Shown piece after piece: positions 9,001 to 15,641 of a DNA stretch of 64,000 nucleotides. The notes beneath the pieces were generated by a model. The model saw only the letters and a list, made by a program, of their open reading frames with translations, had not been told where the DNA came from and did no database searches. The DNA comes from a virus: positions 18,731 to 82,730 of the IMG/VR virus record IMGVR_UViG_3300029286_003693, one strand, 5' to 3'. The first letter of the stretch is position 1. Every line of letters begins with the position of its first letter. Both the position numbers and the translations under genes were made by a program.

Positions 9001-11480
9001 TCAATTCCTTCTGCTTTCAACTTTGCTACGACTTTCCGGGCCAGATCCTCCTGTGCATACTGCCAGGCAATTTCCGCATGGCGGGTGACAATCTGCGATT
9101 CCACCCGAAGATTCCCGATCTCTTCATCGATCTGCTTCTTCCGGGCAACCGCTTCTTTACTGCGGTCCGATTTCAGTACGTCCCGTTCCTTGGCAAGGGC
9201 GTCGATGGTTGGTTTATTCTTGGCCGTAATATCCTCGCTTACCGTATAAAGTTCATCCCAAAGCCCACCCAGGTCCATAGGAGAATAATGTTCGGGAAAC
9301 GTAAAGTCTTCCACCAAATTGCCGGTTGCGATCTGGTTCGCTAAGCCTGTTTCTTGCGCTGCACCTTGGGCCGCGGGCTCTTCGGCGGCCTTCTTATCCA
9401 CGACGGTTTTCTCCAACATCCCGAGCCGATACCGGGCGTAAGCGCTGACAGTATCTTCGCCCCGGTATTCATCAAGGACCGCCGCAGTGCCGCCTTCCGC
9501 GAATAGGCTCGCCACCTTCGTCCGAACGAAAGGCGGGGTCCCGGTTTCCTGGGTGTCCCAGAGATCGAACGTCTTTTTATCCTGGGTCTTGACCTCTTTC
9601 GTGATGTCCAGGATCTTTCCCGGAGTTTCCCCGGTCACATTCAGCGGTCCTCTCGCGCCGCCCGTGCCCGCGATCTTCAATTTTTTGTCGATTTCAGCCA
9701 GCGTCTCGGGGGTGATATCCTCTTCGGTCTGGATGTTGACATCTCCCTCCATCAAGATATCCGTCGCCGTCAGGTTCTTCCGCTTGGCTTTCGGCTCACC
9801 TTCCAGGAGAATGTCCCTCGCAGCGCCCTTGGCTGGCCCCATGGGCTTACTGACCACACCACCCTTCCCGACACCGGCAGTATCGAGAACTTCTTCTGGA
9901 AACCCGAACGTAGTGGCCTTGGCGGCTATTGCATCTGTCAGCCGGTTGAACTCTTTCCGCTGGGGTTCTCTCGCCTTGCCGGTCGAGATGAGTTTCGTCA
10001 GTCCGTAGGCTTTATTGATGTCCGACTGGTAGGCCAAATACTGCTGGTAGAGATCCGGGCTGATGTTTTTTTCCTTGAATTCGTCCCGCAGAGAGGCCCA
10101 TCTTGCGACGTCCTCGCCGGTGGCCTCCTCCGATTTCACCACGGCGTCAAGCTTAAAGTATTCCTTGAACTTACTTGTCATATCGAAGTCTATGCCGCGC
10201 TTTTCCATCTCGGTCGCGAAGGCGTCTCTTGCCGTGGCCAGGGACTTATCCGTTGGTCTTTTATCCGACAATTCCTGGGCGTGCTCGTACATGGCCGGGA
10301 GGAATTCATTGGGGATCGAGTCGAATCTGTTCTCGGCGACAACGTCCTTAACAAGCTGGGCCGATGCCTTCGTGTCCATCTTTTCCTTGACGTGCTCGCC
10401 CGTGAGCGCCGCGCCGCCCATGACCGTAGTGAGCAGGAGGATGTCGGCGAAAACTTCCTTATTGGACTGTCTCAGGTCGTCGAAGCTGGTCCATGAGCGC
10501 TTTGTCGCGCCGGGATTCAGGCCCATCTCCACGTCGATGTTGTGCTGCCACTGCTGGGTCCAGGTCTCCGTGGTCTGCTCGGTCGCCTGTTCTGCCAACA
10601 TCTTTCCGGCAGCCCCCGCACCGTATTTGTCGAGGGCCTTCCCGATAGTCGTCTTCGCGAGCTGCTTGCCGAAGGCATTCTTGGCCGCTCCGAAAAACAG
10701 CTCGAATCCGATCAGGTTCCCGATGGCTTCCGGGATTGCTTCAGAGATGCCCTGCTCGATCAGGGATCCCTCATTTTTGTCATAGGCTGTCTTCCATTCT
10801 TCCGGGGTCAGAACCCGACCAGCCGTTTTCATGCTGGTTTCATTGAGTTTATCGTAAAGGTCTTTCGTTGAGTTATCCTTCTGCATCCGGTACGCAGCTC
10901 CACCCGATGCCGCCATGCCTGCCGCCCGACCCGCGACAAACGAGCCCACGGGGCTGGTAGGCGCCGCTGCAGTTGCTGCTGCTACGCCCGCACCGAGGCC
11001 GGCGCCTGCGCTTACCACCGAAAATGCCGCCTGCTGGGGAAATCTCGTGATCGTCCCCGTGGTGATGTCGTCAGGAAGGCCGAGTTTCGTGAGCGGTGCG
11101 ATGACCACCTTGTTATCGGCGTATTTCTTCTGGAAATCCTCGGCGTCCTTGTTGGCCCTGTCGATGATCCTCGTCAGGAAAGAGTCTTTGTCGGCCACAG
11201 CCTCTCGTGATCCGCCCCGGATCGCGCTCGCGGTTGCCCCGGCAATCTGCAAGGGGGTTCTGATCACCGCCTCGCCGACCGCGCCGACAGTCTCGGCGAT
11301 CTCCCCCGGTGACGCCAGCTCGTAGCGGGCCGGGGCCGCTGGTGCCTGCTTTACCTCTGCCGGTTTTGAGACAGCGTCATAGAAATCCTTCGAGACAGGA
11401 GAAGGAATATCCTTCGTGATGTCATCGTAGAAGGACTGGGACAGCGACAGTGGACTTCTTGCGGACGGATTCAGCTCCAT
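1..11480 (-). CDS. Giant DarB-like polyvalent protein (>3,800 aa, 3'-truncated by window edge): ART-like, LPD1/zincin, N6-adenine methyltransferase and SNF2-type helicase domains
   Basis: ATG at 11480. Segments translated by hand (1-60, 3841-4260, 4980-5340, 6000-6540) are open in one frame, and the ORF track lists no stop-terminated ORF in it. Motifs: YHGT (6465-6476), HEWGH (4983-4997), YSGWGG, VLDPATG and NVPF (about 3340-3780), GHEVGTGKT (about 1420-1450), DEAH (about 940-955), GIPENQIAFIHD at the edge. Confidence 0.9.
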   Translation of the reverse strand, partial: MELNPSARSPLSLSQSFYDDITKDIPSPVSKDFYDAVSKPAEVKQAPAAPARYELASPGEIAETVGAVGEAVIRTPLQIAGATASAIRGGSREAVADKDSFLTRIIDRANKDAEDFQKKYADNKVVIAPLTKLGLPDDITTGTITRFPQQAAFSVVSAGAGLGAGVAAATAAAPTSPVGSFVAGRAAGMAASGGAAYRMQKDNSTKDLYDKLNETSMKTAGRVLTPEEWKTAYDKNEGSLIEQGISEAIPEAIGNLIGFELFFGAAKNAFGKQLAKTTIGKALDKYGAGAAGKMLAEQATEQTTETWTQQWQHNIDVEMGLNPGATKRSWTSFDDLRQSNKEVFADILLLTTVMGGAALTGEHVKEKMDTKASAQLVKDVVAENRFDSIPNEFLPAMYEHAQELSDKRPTDKSLATARDAFATEMEKRGIDFDMTSKFKEYFKLDAVVKSEEATGEDVARWASLRDEFKEKNISPDLYQQYLAYQSDINKAYGLTKLISTGKAREPQRKEFNRLTDAIAAKATTFGFPEEVLDTAGVGKGGVVSKPMGPAKGAARDILLEGEPKAKRKNLTATDILMEGDVNIQTEEDITPETLAEIDKKLKIAGTGGARGPLNVTGETPGKILDITKEVKTQDKKTFDLWDTQETGTPPFVRTKVASLFAEGGTAAVLDEYRGEDTVSAYARYRLGMLEKTVVDKKAAEEPAAQGAAQETGLANQIATGNLVEDFTFPEHYSPMDLGGLWDELYTVSEDITAKNKPTIDALAKERDVLKSDRSKEAVARKKQIDEEIGNLRVESQIVTRHAEIAWQYAQEDLARKVVAKLKAEGIEADQDSVYDAIATLADGRMNEQGWQRPLLQQVIDSVKGEEAPAPKSAREKSDEEVKQYRDAGHNINDNGVYNEPEKISIPFSKSSGREGSIRIAEGPDGKFRIGVNISKKYGDYEGSGNAPGIDGTQYDTRAEAIKAGIDIIRSRTKADDPKGKAALAELAKFEKEQSTEIKAAGTGGARGPAPVITETVPSYAERMKNAKSADEGRSLISQYQEEFASIERKAGLKHSIGKGGGGLGSRGYSTLRPAEKSDILKRVTEKDKALGQRLMSLIADIDAAEPHWKNLLKGEQEERHPGLSQQPAEIKAAGTGGARGPKPEIVKAPEAGKAAKPVPTAAEVKSKEEEGKSRIIKKYLLEHLDEAIAARTAYENNKTEDAGPIHVIIDVPMDGKFRILNTKENLEKFKKKVAGMKVTAALNKLPQHSGKPVGKSTDLITKEAEAEVADYWTKRNEFKTRYEGVPAEIEAAQARLERYYEIQRKVDAKEITLKQLGEDAKAAASKESAGTEAWRDSWFGKTPTYADLTGRIKEIEKEIKSLRERIPNLQARIREFYPGLAKEMFEGKATEEAKAPEKIKAAGTGGKRGPKEEKESTASGNEQAEISDRLRAQNAREAEFEYQKKRTALLEGADKVSQAENFSLEDAKRFLSDLDAAPGDDPKARQAILDKYPELTELTKPEAAKADIMKEISEISDEDLDAMLDMPEKKETAPKTTNEAVKNIFAAARDRAAGKIPSAKPAKALDDILADVAKEGIEGAGEALKGLYELFGGSSLKSFPGGFDEDTYAKAKPHFEAALEHFIQVGKGLREFAATIVKQFGDAIRPYIKQFIQEKRDKKEIDHPIREAYHGTSSKLLDDIRKNGLNNPYLAKTRELAQYYAKEAVDEHGGEPVVLRVSVPESSLRYDRASMDEPVKADQQSRNAAWNKAASEHPEWEESGTVSIPEGGWKYSWEGVGSVRHEGNILPEDIAEDGEVINLDENTGEGEGGARTRRKLTEQEKAEKKAKEEAAAEKKARKSAMGEFKNVGYVYDPEKLNQKTKDKTPKSAAKIILDEMVPGKIWTAAFAEEATPGTVRLMTQIQKYFLTFKEYLTESRDRLRYSSGKSIDDKIEHWLNYRGGSIDMLKQWATEYGKTMQPVVDVFNGQTSITNIIGRLQETVLFGARKEDGTFPDYSEARTRLSGLLSTRDYVQRPNSLYNFLTDSWQSLLADENDILLSEIDINKRGRNKTVVRSGLSDYREGVELKKTEDFQAPFGFKGVGFGEEGWINQEERNRVIPAAYDAFKDLAATIGAPDNGMSLGGELAVQFANLGHKAKGAAAAYFPTVQTINFTRDNGDGTMAHEWGHGLQDLAAEDAKTEIEKVVNTFHHVYDFEAGTRLIDDLLAKDSMFLKRMVSSKKQQRIEAVKNEVTSRFEDTVRKDTDYYSTAQQMDPDYTARAQEMWARAFEAYIYDTLQGKNNYLVNDFVAAGRVGGKAGVGTRLVYPAGKERETFNATIKHLLNGLVWDESGKPSLKDDYISIEKANELMLQLQLRYLLDQVEARYTAIWASEPSKDGYYWYRYDDTSFGPMMQPDGYAGHDKGYTSEGQNGTGAVAYLTQLHPDDILDYKLSNIQYEGENPVYIAKERGGIDVGIQEDGTEALEEVPARPDSSPNEGGDVRSGDRGSGGSGLPGTRESGKQRGADGSVEGDSTEGVHPSPAGNYRITDLTLNDPKSVPVRFGLNLSAVKVLNLVESENRTPTDAEKDILAQYSGWGGMSELFAYEPTAAWAGKAELLKAELNDDEVRDAASSSTSAYYTPVPVGTFMWKLAQRLGFTNGVVLDPATGANGLFLGTMPSDLAQGTALQGIEMDGVSARIATQLYGLASIETKSFQDVKKPNNRFDLTITNVPFENFSPSDLKHNKGGYRLHNYFINKMLNLTAPGALSMMITTSNTLDAVGAHLTEFAGKAQLVGAIRLPSGIYSATQVATDILVFRKNIEGGKFVGVPAEEWTTAGTDESTGLTINNYFLKHPEMVAGKLEKITGRYGNEGLRVAPEGDLQSNLERLAAAFPDKIVEREAVKEAKSIDDIISAPGTIKEGGAYINDKGEVCVKEDSEELKLPVATASEQKKAEVVRLYVRVLDQIRTLLRAQKTETDAKVIKEEQVKLKKWYDLFVKKFGPVNDPKNRGVYVDYTDSAWVLALEEHDPDTNKVTKLADIFTKNITAFAARPDRADTDHDALAMALDEFGYPNLEYMARLRSSDVDSVRAGVADKIVENPETGFLETIDEYLSGNVKRKLTVAREMVASSPEYARNVALLEAAQPAEISQHRITARIGASWIDPAHLAEFVRDKMALRHGLHAIFNFSPVSNEWSMSFGGEEHYRGRGKGVGENKAEVQRQIAAAKRSVEATTVWGTQRMDFFELMKCALMGKRPQVTFTVDRKQYLDEVATQAAEVKLQDIQSEFGRWLFAEAGRSDEAVKRFNDLINTSVPMNADGSHLTFPGKGMWMLTPKEKEALGVTDALTFYPHQMNAAWKYLKNGNLYLGHEVGTGKTVTMALIAMEAKRLRGKKKVLYVTLNDSTMGQAVQEIKNLYPMANILPVRVSTNEQRKQRSLQKIALNDFDIAIMRQQDLDRIGLSPESERVFIEEELLELREILEEAKKEGARILEQDIQVQIHALEAKLSAPGVHDEAKRKNLFFDDLGIDLMIVDEAHKYKNIPYATRLTRITGLNPTGSPTAKDFFRKTQYLNAQFPKKDGIVLASGTALSNSIAEMYNIQRMLQPQEVKRQGVWSFDRWIANFGDMGSQLEWDGARGQYKVITTNRRIVNAGRLLATAYQNVDSVRAKDTPVKRPIIRGGEPQRVKVQPNQYVEDYKQIVLERCAAIEADPKNAEYEGVPDNMLRIISNMSKVAIDQRLDHHYANTEMQQDSKIATASKIMYRRWQEEAKHKGVQLVFADLGIPGKYSDKFKYKTEDETSQLAPEDLAIYNEEMFEHESASTGFNTYEGLKKELVKLGIPENQIAFIHD
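3905..4129 (-). CDS. Small TnpV-like protein nested in an alternative frame within the giant gene
   Basis: 74 aa MLVFKRMAQRHWKKYLP...SKEIVLKEYILLPPETTE preceded by purine-rich AAAGAAAGGGGGTGG; pattern recalls TnpV-type proteins; lies immediately before the methyltransferase domain. Confidence 0.6.
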   Translation of the reverse strand: MLVFKRMAQRHWKKYLPALTAALMKEGTFDQETEAAAEAACLELGNLVSRGAQMEASKEIVLKEYILLPPETTE

Positions 11481-11511
11481 TTACACTACCTCTTGCCGAT
11501 GTTAATTGGCG

Positions 11512-12624
11512 TTAAAACCCTATGGAAGTAAGCCCCCTTGCTTGCCGGACTGCGACGCGACGTTTCCGTGCCTCCTCGTCGGCATCGGCTTGCTTCTGGA
11601 TCGCGACGGCCCTTGCCGGATCATTCGCCTGCGCTACCTGCGCTGGGGTATTGAAAACCCCCAATGCTCTTTGCCCCATCGCACTCGGGGACATCAGGTT
11701 TGATGTCAGGGGTCCTCGCTCGGCGACCGTAGCCCCCACGATCGGAGAACCAGGGAATGGATTCGGTCCACCCAGGGGGTTGTCACGGTTATGCCGGTCC
11801 ACGACTTCCATTTCTGGCCTTACTGGTGGAGCCTGGGCGGCGGGCTGAACCTGCGAGACGAGCGGTCTTACGCCGGGGGCCGGAGTGACGGGCGCTACTC
11901 CCGCCGCCGGAGTAGCTGCGGCCCCTGGGTTCAGGAGCGCCAGTGCCGCCTGTCTGGTGTCAGCGGGAAGGGCATTCAAATAGTTCCGTGCTGCGTCAGG
12001 GGTCCCAGCCTTTTCGTGTTCTCTGAGAACCCCGACAGCGAATTCCGCTTCGCCGGCCACATTCCTGCTCTGGGGCGTTGCGGCTGGCCTCGCGAGCCCG
12101 GTTTGCTCCATGAGCGACCTTGCCGCGTTCCCGACCTCTGTTGTCGGCTTGCTCGTTTTCGTAACCCCGTCAACGCCCGTTTGGCTGACCTCCTGTGCGT
12201 GCCCGAGGATCGTGCCCAGGGTCGTCAAGTATGCCTTGGTCGTCTCGGTCTCGGCATTGAGTTTCGTCTTGTTCGTCTCGGTGTCGGCGCTGAGCTTCGC
12301 CCTGCTGTTTGCGCCTTCCTCCATGATCTTCTGTTTGTCTTTCGCGTCGAGCCCTTCAAGGCGCTTCTGATCAAGCATCCCGCTATTTTTGAGCGTCTGA
12401 AGATCATAATCGCCCTTGATCGCGGTCGTCAGCTTTTCCTTCTCCCATTTCAGTTTGTCCTTGTCTCCCGTGATCTGAGCTTCGAGTTTCCGGTACTCAA
12501 GATCCGTCTTATTCGCCTCATTCTTTTCTTCGAGCGACATGGCCCGTTTGCTCATCTCCATGTTGAAGGCCATCTTCTGCTCGAACAGCGGCATCAGTTT
12601 TCCTAAAATGTCATCGAAGTTCAT
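11512..12624 (-). CDS. Putative internal virion/ejection protein
   Basis: 370 aa, coiled-coil N-half and Pro/Ala-rich C-half, GGAGG RBS, directly upstream of the giant gene. Confidence 0.6.
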   Translation of the reverse strand: MNFDDILGKLMPLFEQKMAFNMEMSKRAMSLEEKNEANKTDLEYRKLEAQITGDKDKLKWEKEKLTTAIKGDYDLQTLKNSGMLDQKRLEGLDAKDKQKIMEEGANSRAKLSADTETNKTKLNAETETTKAYLTTLGTILGHAQEVSQTGVDGVTKTSKPTTEVGNAARSLMEQTGLARPAATPQSRNVAGEAEFAVGVLREHEKAGTPDAARNYLNALPADTRQAALALLNPGAAATPAAGVAPVTPAPGVRPLVSQVQPAAQAPPVRPEMEVVDRHNRDNPLGGPNPFPGSPIVGATVAERGPLTSNLMSPSAMGQRALGVFNTPAQVAQANDPARAVAIQKQADADEEARKRRVAVRQARGLTSIGF

Positions 12625-12642
12625 GGTCGCGCCTCCTATCGG

Positions 12643-14025
12643 TTACGGTTTATAAAACGACATTGGTAAAATCAGCATTTTCGGATTGACCACGTATGCC
12701 TGATTGGATGGGGTCTCCTTCTCCATCTTCTCGCGGGCGATCAGGTCCTCCATCTCTTTCCACTTGAAGTTCCCCTTCGTCTGATCCAGGAATCGGTCAA
12801 GATCGTTGATCCGCAAGATCGACACGCGGTCCCCCACGCGGTACTCGTAAAAATCAGAGGCTGAGACGCAGACCTCCACCCCTCTTACAACGCACCTATA
12901 AGCCAGCCCGAACGAACCTTCGGGGGGTTGTAGGATCTCCGTGACGACCCCGGATGTATAGTGGTTGGTCTCGAACCAGTTGCCCGAGTAGAGGAGGGGG
13001 GATGTTTTCTGGAACCACCACACATGGGCTGGCCACGGCTTTGCCAGCAGTCCAATGAACTCGCCCGGCAGCGGCCACTTTGCGTCCCGGCGCAGGTAGT
13101 ATCGAAACGAATGGAACGGGAGTATCTTGTCGTACCCCGCAAACGGCTCCGCGGGGTATTCGGCATCACGGCTCTCTATGAGATAGCCCTTGTTGACGAG
13201 ATGCACCCCCGGACAATCTCCCTTTACGTCCGTCATGGGGGACATGAGCCCATCGAGAGGCTGGTCCGTTACGCATTTCCACCCTTCCGGGTTTTCAATC
13301 CTTACTGTTCCGTCCGGGGTGAAAGGGACCTCGTTCGTCAGCATGTCGTCCATGCTTTCGGAGAAGACGGACAGGACCTCCATGACACCCAGCGGCCCCA
13401 CGGGAAACGACAAGAGCCCGCTATAAAGCTGTCCCAGGCTTGCTTCCGATTTACTTTTGACGCCTTCCTCGACCGATGCTTTCGGACCCTTAGACGGGAA
13501 CTCGGTATTGCGGTTGAGCATCCACGTCTCAAACCGCATCTCCCGGATGACCGGGGGAGCATGATCCGCATCAAAGCCGGTTCGCATCTCATGCGCGTTG
13601 AAATAGGCATGGATGTCTTCGTAGCTCTGGAGGCTCTTTAATGGTTTGATGTTGTCGAGCCGGGTCAGATACTTTGCAAGGAAGCCGAGGATCTTCTCCG
13701 CGTTTCCCTGATAGTTCTCCCCTCGGAACGGGAGGATCGATGCACCGATGGCCAGATACCAGATGTCGGACGCGACCGGGAGGGAGAGCTTCACGTCGTA
13801 CCCGGTATCCGGGCCGGTTCGGGTTCGGTCCCCAACATCCATGACCAACAACCGGCTGAAATCATACTCGGGCAAGACCGCAGCAAACATATCATGGAGG
13901 CGTCTCTGCATCCCCTGGCCGGGAGACCCCACCGCGGAGCCGACCTGGTTCCCTGCAAGTGTGCGCTCACGGGTGCTCCGCTTCGCGAGTTCCTGTATTC
14001 GCTCTTGAACTTCCGTTAAATCCAT
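12643..14025 (-). CDS. Hypothetical phage virion-module protein
   Basis: Probable start MDLTEV at 14025 overlapping the upstream stop (TAATG); 460 aa. Confidence 0.7.
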   Translation of the reverse strand: MDLTEVQERIQELAKRSTRERTLAGNQVGSAVGSPGQGMQRRLHDMFAAVLPEYDFSRLLVMDVGDRTRTGPDTGYDVKLSLPVASDIWYLAIGASILPFRGENYQGNAEKILGFLAKYLTRLDNIKPLKSLQSYEDIHAYFNAHEMRTGFDADHAPPVIREMRFETWMLNRNTEFPSKGPKASVEEGVKSKSEASLGQLYSGLLSFPVGPLGVMEVLSVFSESMDDMLTNEVPFTPDGTVRIENPEGWKCVTDQPLDGLMSPMTDVKGDCPGVHLVNKGYLIESRDAEYPAEPFAGYDKILPFHSFRYYLRRDAKWPLPGEFIGLLAKPWPAHVWWFQKTSPLLYSGNWFETNHYTSGVVTEILQPPEGSFGLAYRCVVRGVEVCVSASDFYEYRVGDRVSILRINDLDRFLDQTKGNFKWKEMEDLIAREKMEKETPSNQAYVVNPKMLILPMSFYKP

Positions 14026-15629
14026 TACTTGGCTGCCCCTATCTGGTGCGTCAGGGTATTCACGATATTCGCCTTTCTCATGATCTCTGCCGCCTTTTCC
14101 GCTCCGGCGATCTTCTCCGCATTTGCCCATACACGAGCCTCGTCGTAAGCCGCTCTGTTGTCTGCATTCTTCTCGATCATGTTCGCTTCAATGATATGGT
14201 TGGCCGTTTCCAGGGCCGTGATGGCGTCCGACGTTTTCGCCTTTTCGTCGTAACTCAGGTGACGGTTTTCGTACTCGGCAACAGCGTGCTGATTCCTCAT
14301 CTCCTGGCTTGCGAGATCGGCGTTCTTCTCACCCTCGATGGCCTGTGCGAGTTTCGGGATCGTATCGGTAATCTCGACTTCGGCGGCTTCAATCCGCTGA
14401 TCGATAAGGGGGCCTTTCTCTTTCAGGAGTTCTGTTTCCTGGGCATAGGCGGTGGTCTCGGCCTGGGCGACCGCAAGCTCCGACTCGACAAGGGACTCGG
14501 CTTCTTTTTGGGCCTTCAGCCGGGCGGTGTCCGCCTCTGTCTGTGCCACCCTGATAGGGACCTCCGCAGTGTCCAGGGCAATCCTACCGATGTCTGCCTC
14601 CAAGCCAGTCTTGCGGACATCGACCTCCTGGCAGTCGAAATCGAGGCGGCCAATATCGGATTCCAGCATGGTCTTCTTGACTTCAACCTCGCTGATATCG
14701 AAGTCGGTACGAACGATGTCAGATTCAAGCAGGATCTTTTTGACATCGACTTCCGCGGTGTCCAAGCCCAGCCGGCTGATATCCGAATTCAAACCCGCCT
14801 TTTTGATATCAACTTCCGCCGTTTCCAGCTCAAGGCGGTCAATGTCTGAATCCAACCCCGCCAACTGAACGTCCACTTCTGCGGTATCGAATTCAATGCG
14901 TCCAATGTCTGACTGGAGTGTAGCCTTCCGGGCCTCTACCTCCGCGATGTCCAGGGTAATCCGGCCAATATCGGCTTCCAGTTCTGTTTTCCGGACGCCA
15001 ACAGCGGCCAGTCTGTAGGCGGCATCTGCAATCTGCGCCTGGATCTCCAGCGCCCGGATGCCGGTCTCGATGACATCGAGTTCGGCCTTCTGCGTGATCA
15101 ACTGCTGTCGGGTGATCTCGGCTTCGACATGGGCACTGTCCAGCGTCTGCTCCTCTATCTTTGCCTCCAACTCCTTGATAAGGGTGTTGGCCTTGCTCTG
15201 GGCCACTTCAAGTTCCGTGATCTTGGTTGCGAGCGCCTGCCGGTCAGACTCCAGGGCCTCAATCTTCGCATCGACTTCAGATACTTTCTGCGCAACCTTT
15301 CGTTCCTGATTGGCCAACGCCGCATCCTTCGCGGCAAGGCTCTGATCTTCGATGTATCGTTTCGCTGTGATATCGATAACCGAGCGCCGCTCGTCGGCAG
15401 TCAATTCCGCCATGGCCTGGTCGTAAGCAAGAACCATTTGTGCGAGGGTCTCGTAGGTGATCTCTTTTAGGTAGTTGTACCCGTGAAGGTACGCCCCGGA
15501 ATAGACCCCAAAGACAACAGCCCGGTCTGAAATATGCATGGCCAGTAACCCAGGGACTTGATATTGAAAGGCAGGCCATATCGACCGACCCCGAACCAAA
15601 CCTCTATCCAGCACAGCCTGTACCGTCAT
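14025..15629 (-). CDS. Coiled-coil virion protein with seven 21-aa repeats
   Basis: 534 aa; repeat DIxRxxxDxAEVDVxKxxLES; AAGGAG RBS. Confidence 0.75.
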   Translation of the reverse strand: MTVQAVLDRGLVRGRSIWPAFQYQVPGLLAMHISDRAVVFGVYSGAYLHGYNYLKEITYETLAQMVLAYDQAMAELTADERRSVIDITAKRYIEDQSLAAKDAALANQERKVAQKVSEVDAKIEALESDRQALATKITELEVAQSKANTLIKELEAKIEEQTLDSAHVEAEITRQQLITQKAELDVIETGIRALEIQAQIADAAYRLAAVGVRKTELEADIGRITLDIAEVEARKATLQSDIGRIEFDTAEVDVQLAGLDSDIDRLELETAEVDIKKAGLNSDISRLGLDTAEVDVKKILLESDIVRTDFDISEVEVKKTMLESDIGRLDFDCQEVDVRKTGLEADIGRIALDTAEVPIRVAQTEADTARLKAQKEAESLVESELAVAQAETTAYAQETELLKEKGPLIDQRIEAAEVEITDTIPKLAQAIEGEKNADLASQEMRNQHAVAEYENRHLSYDEKAKTSDAITALETANHIIEANMIEKNADNRAAYDEARVWANAEKIAGAEKAAEIMRKANIVNTLTHQIGAAK

Positions 15630-15641
15630 CTCGATTCTCCT

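Noticed and set aside
6-11325. Many plus-strand ORFs of up to 445 aa in the track
   Set aside because: Antisense shadows of the giant minus-strand gene; no recognisable motifs
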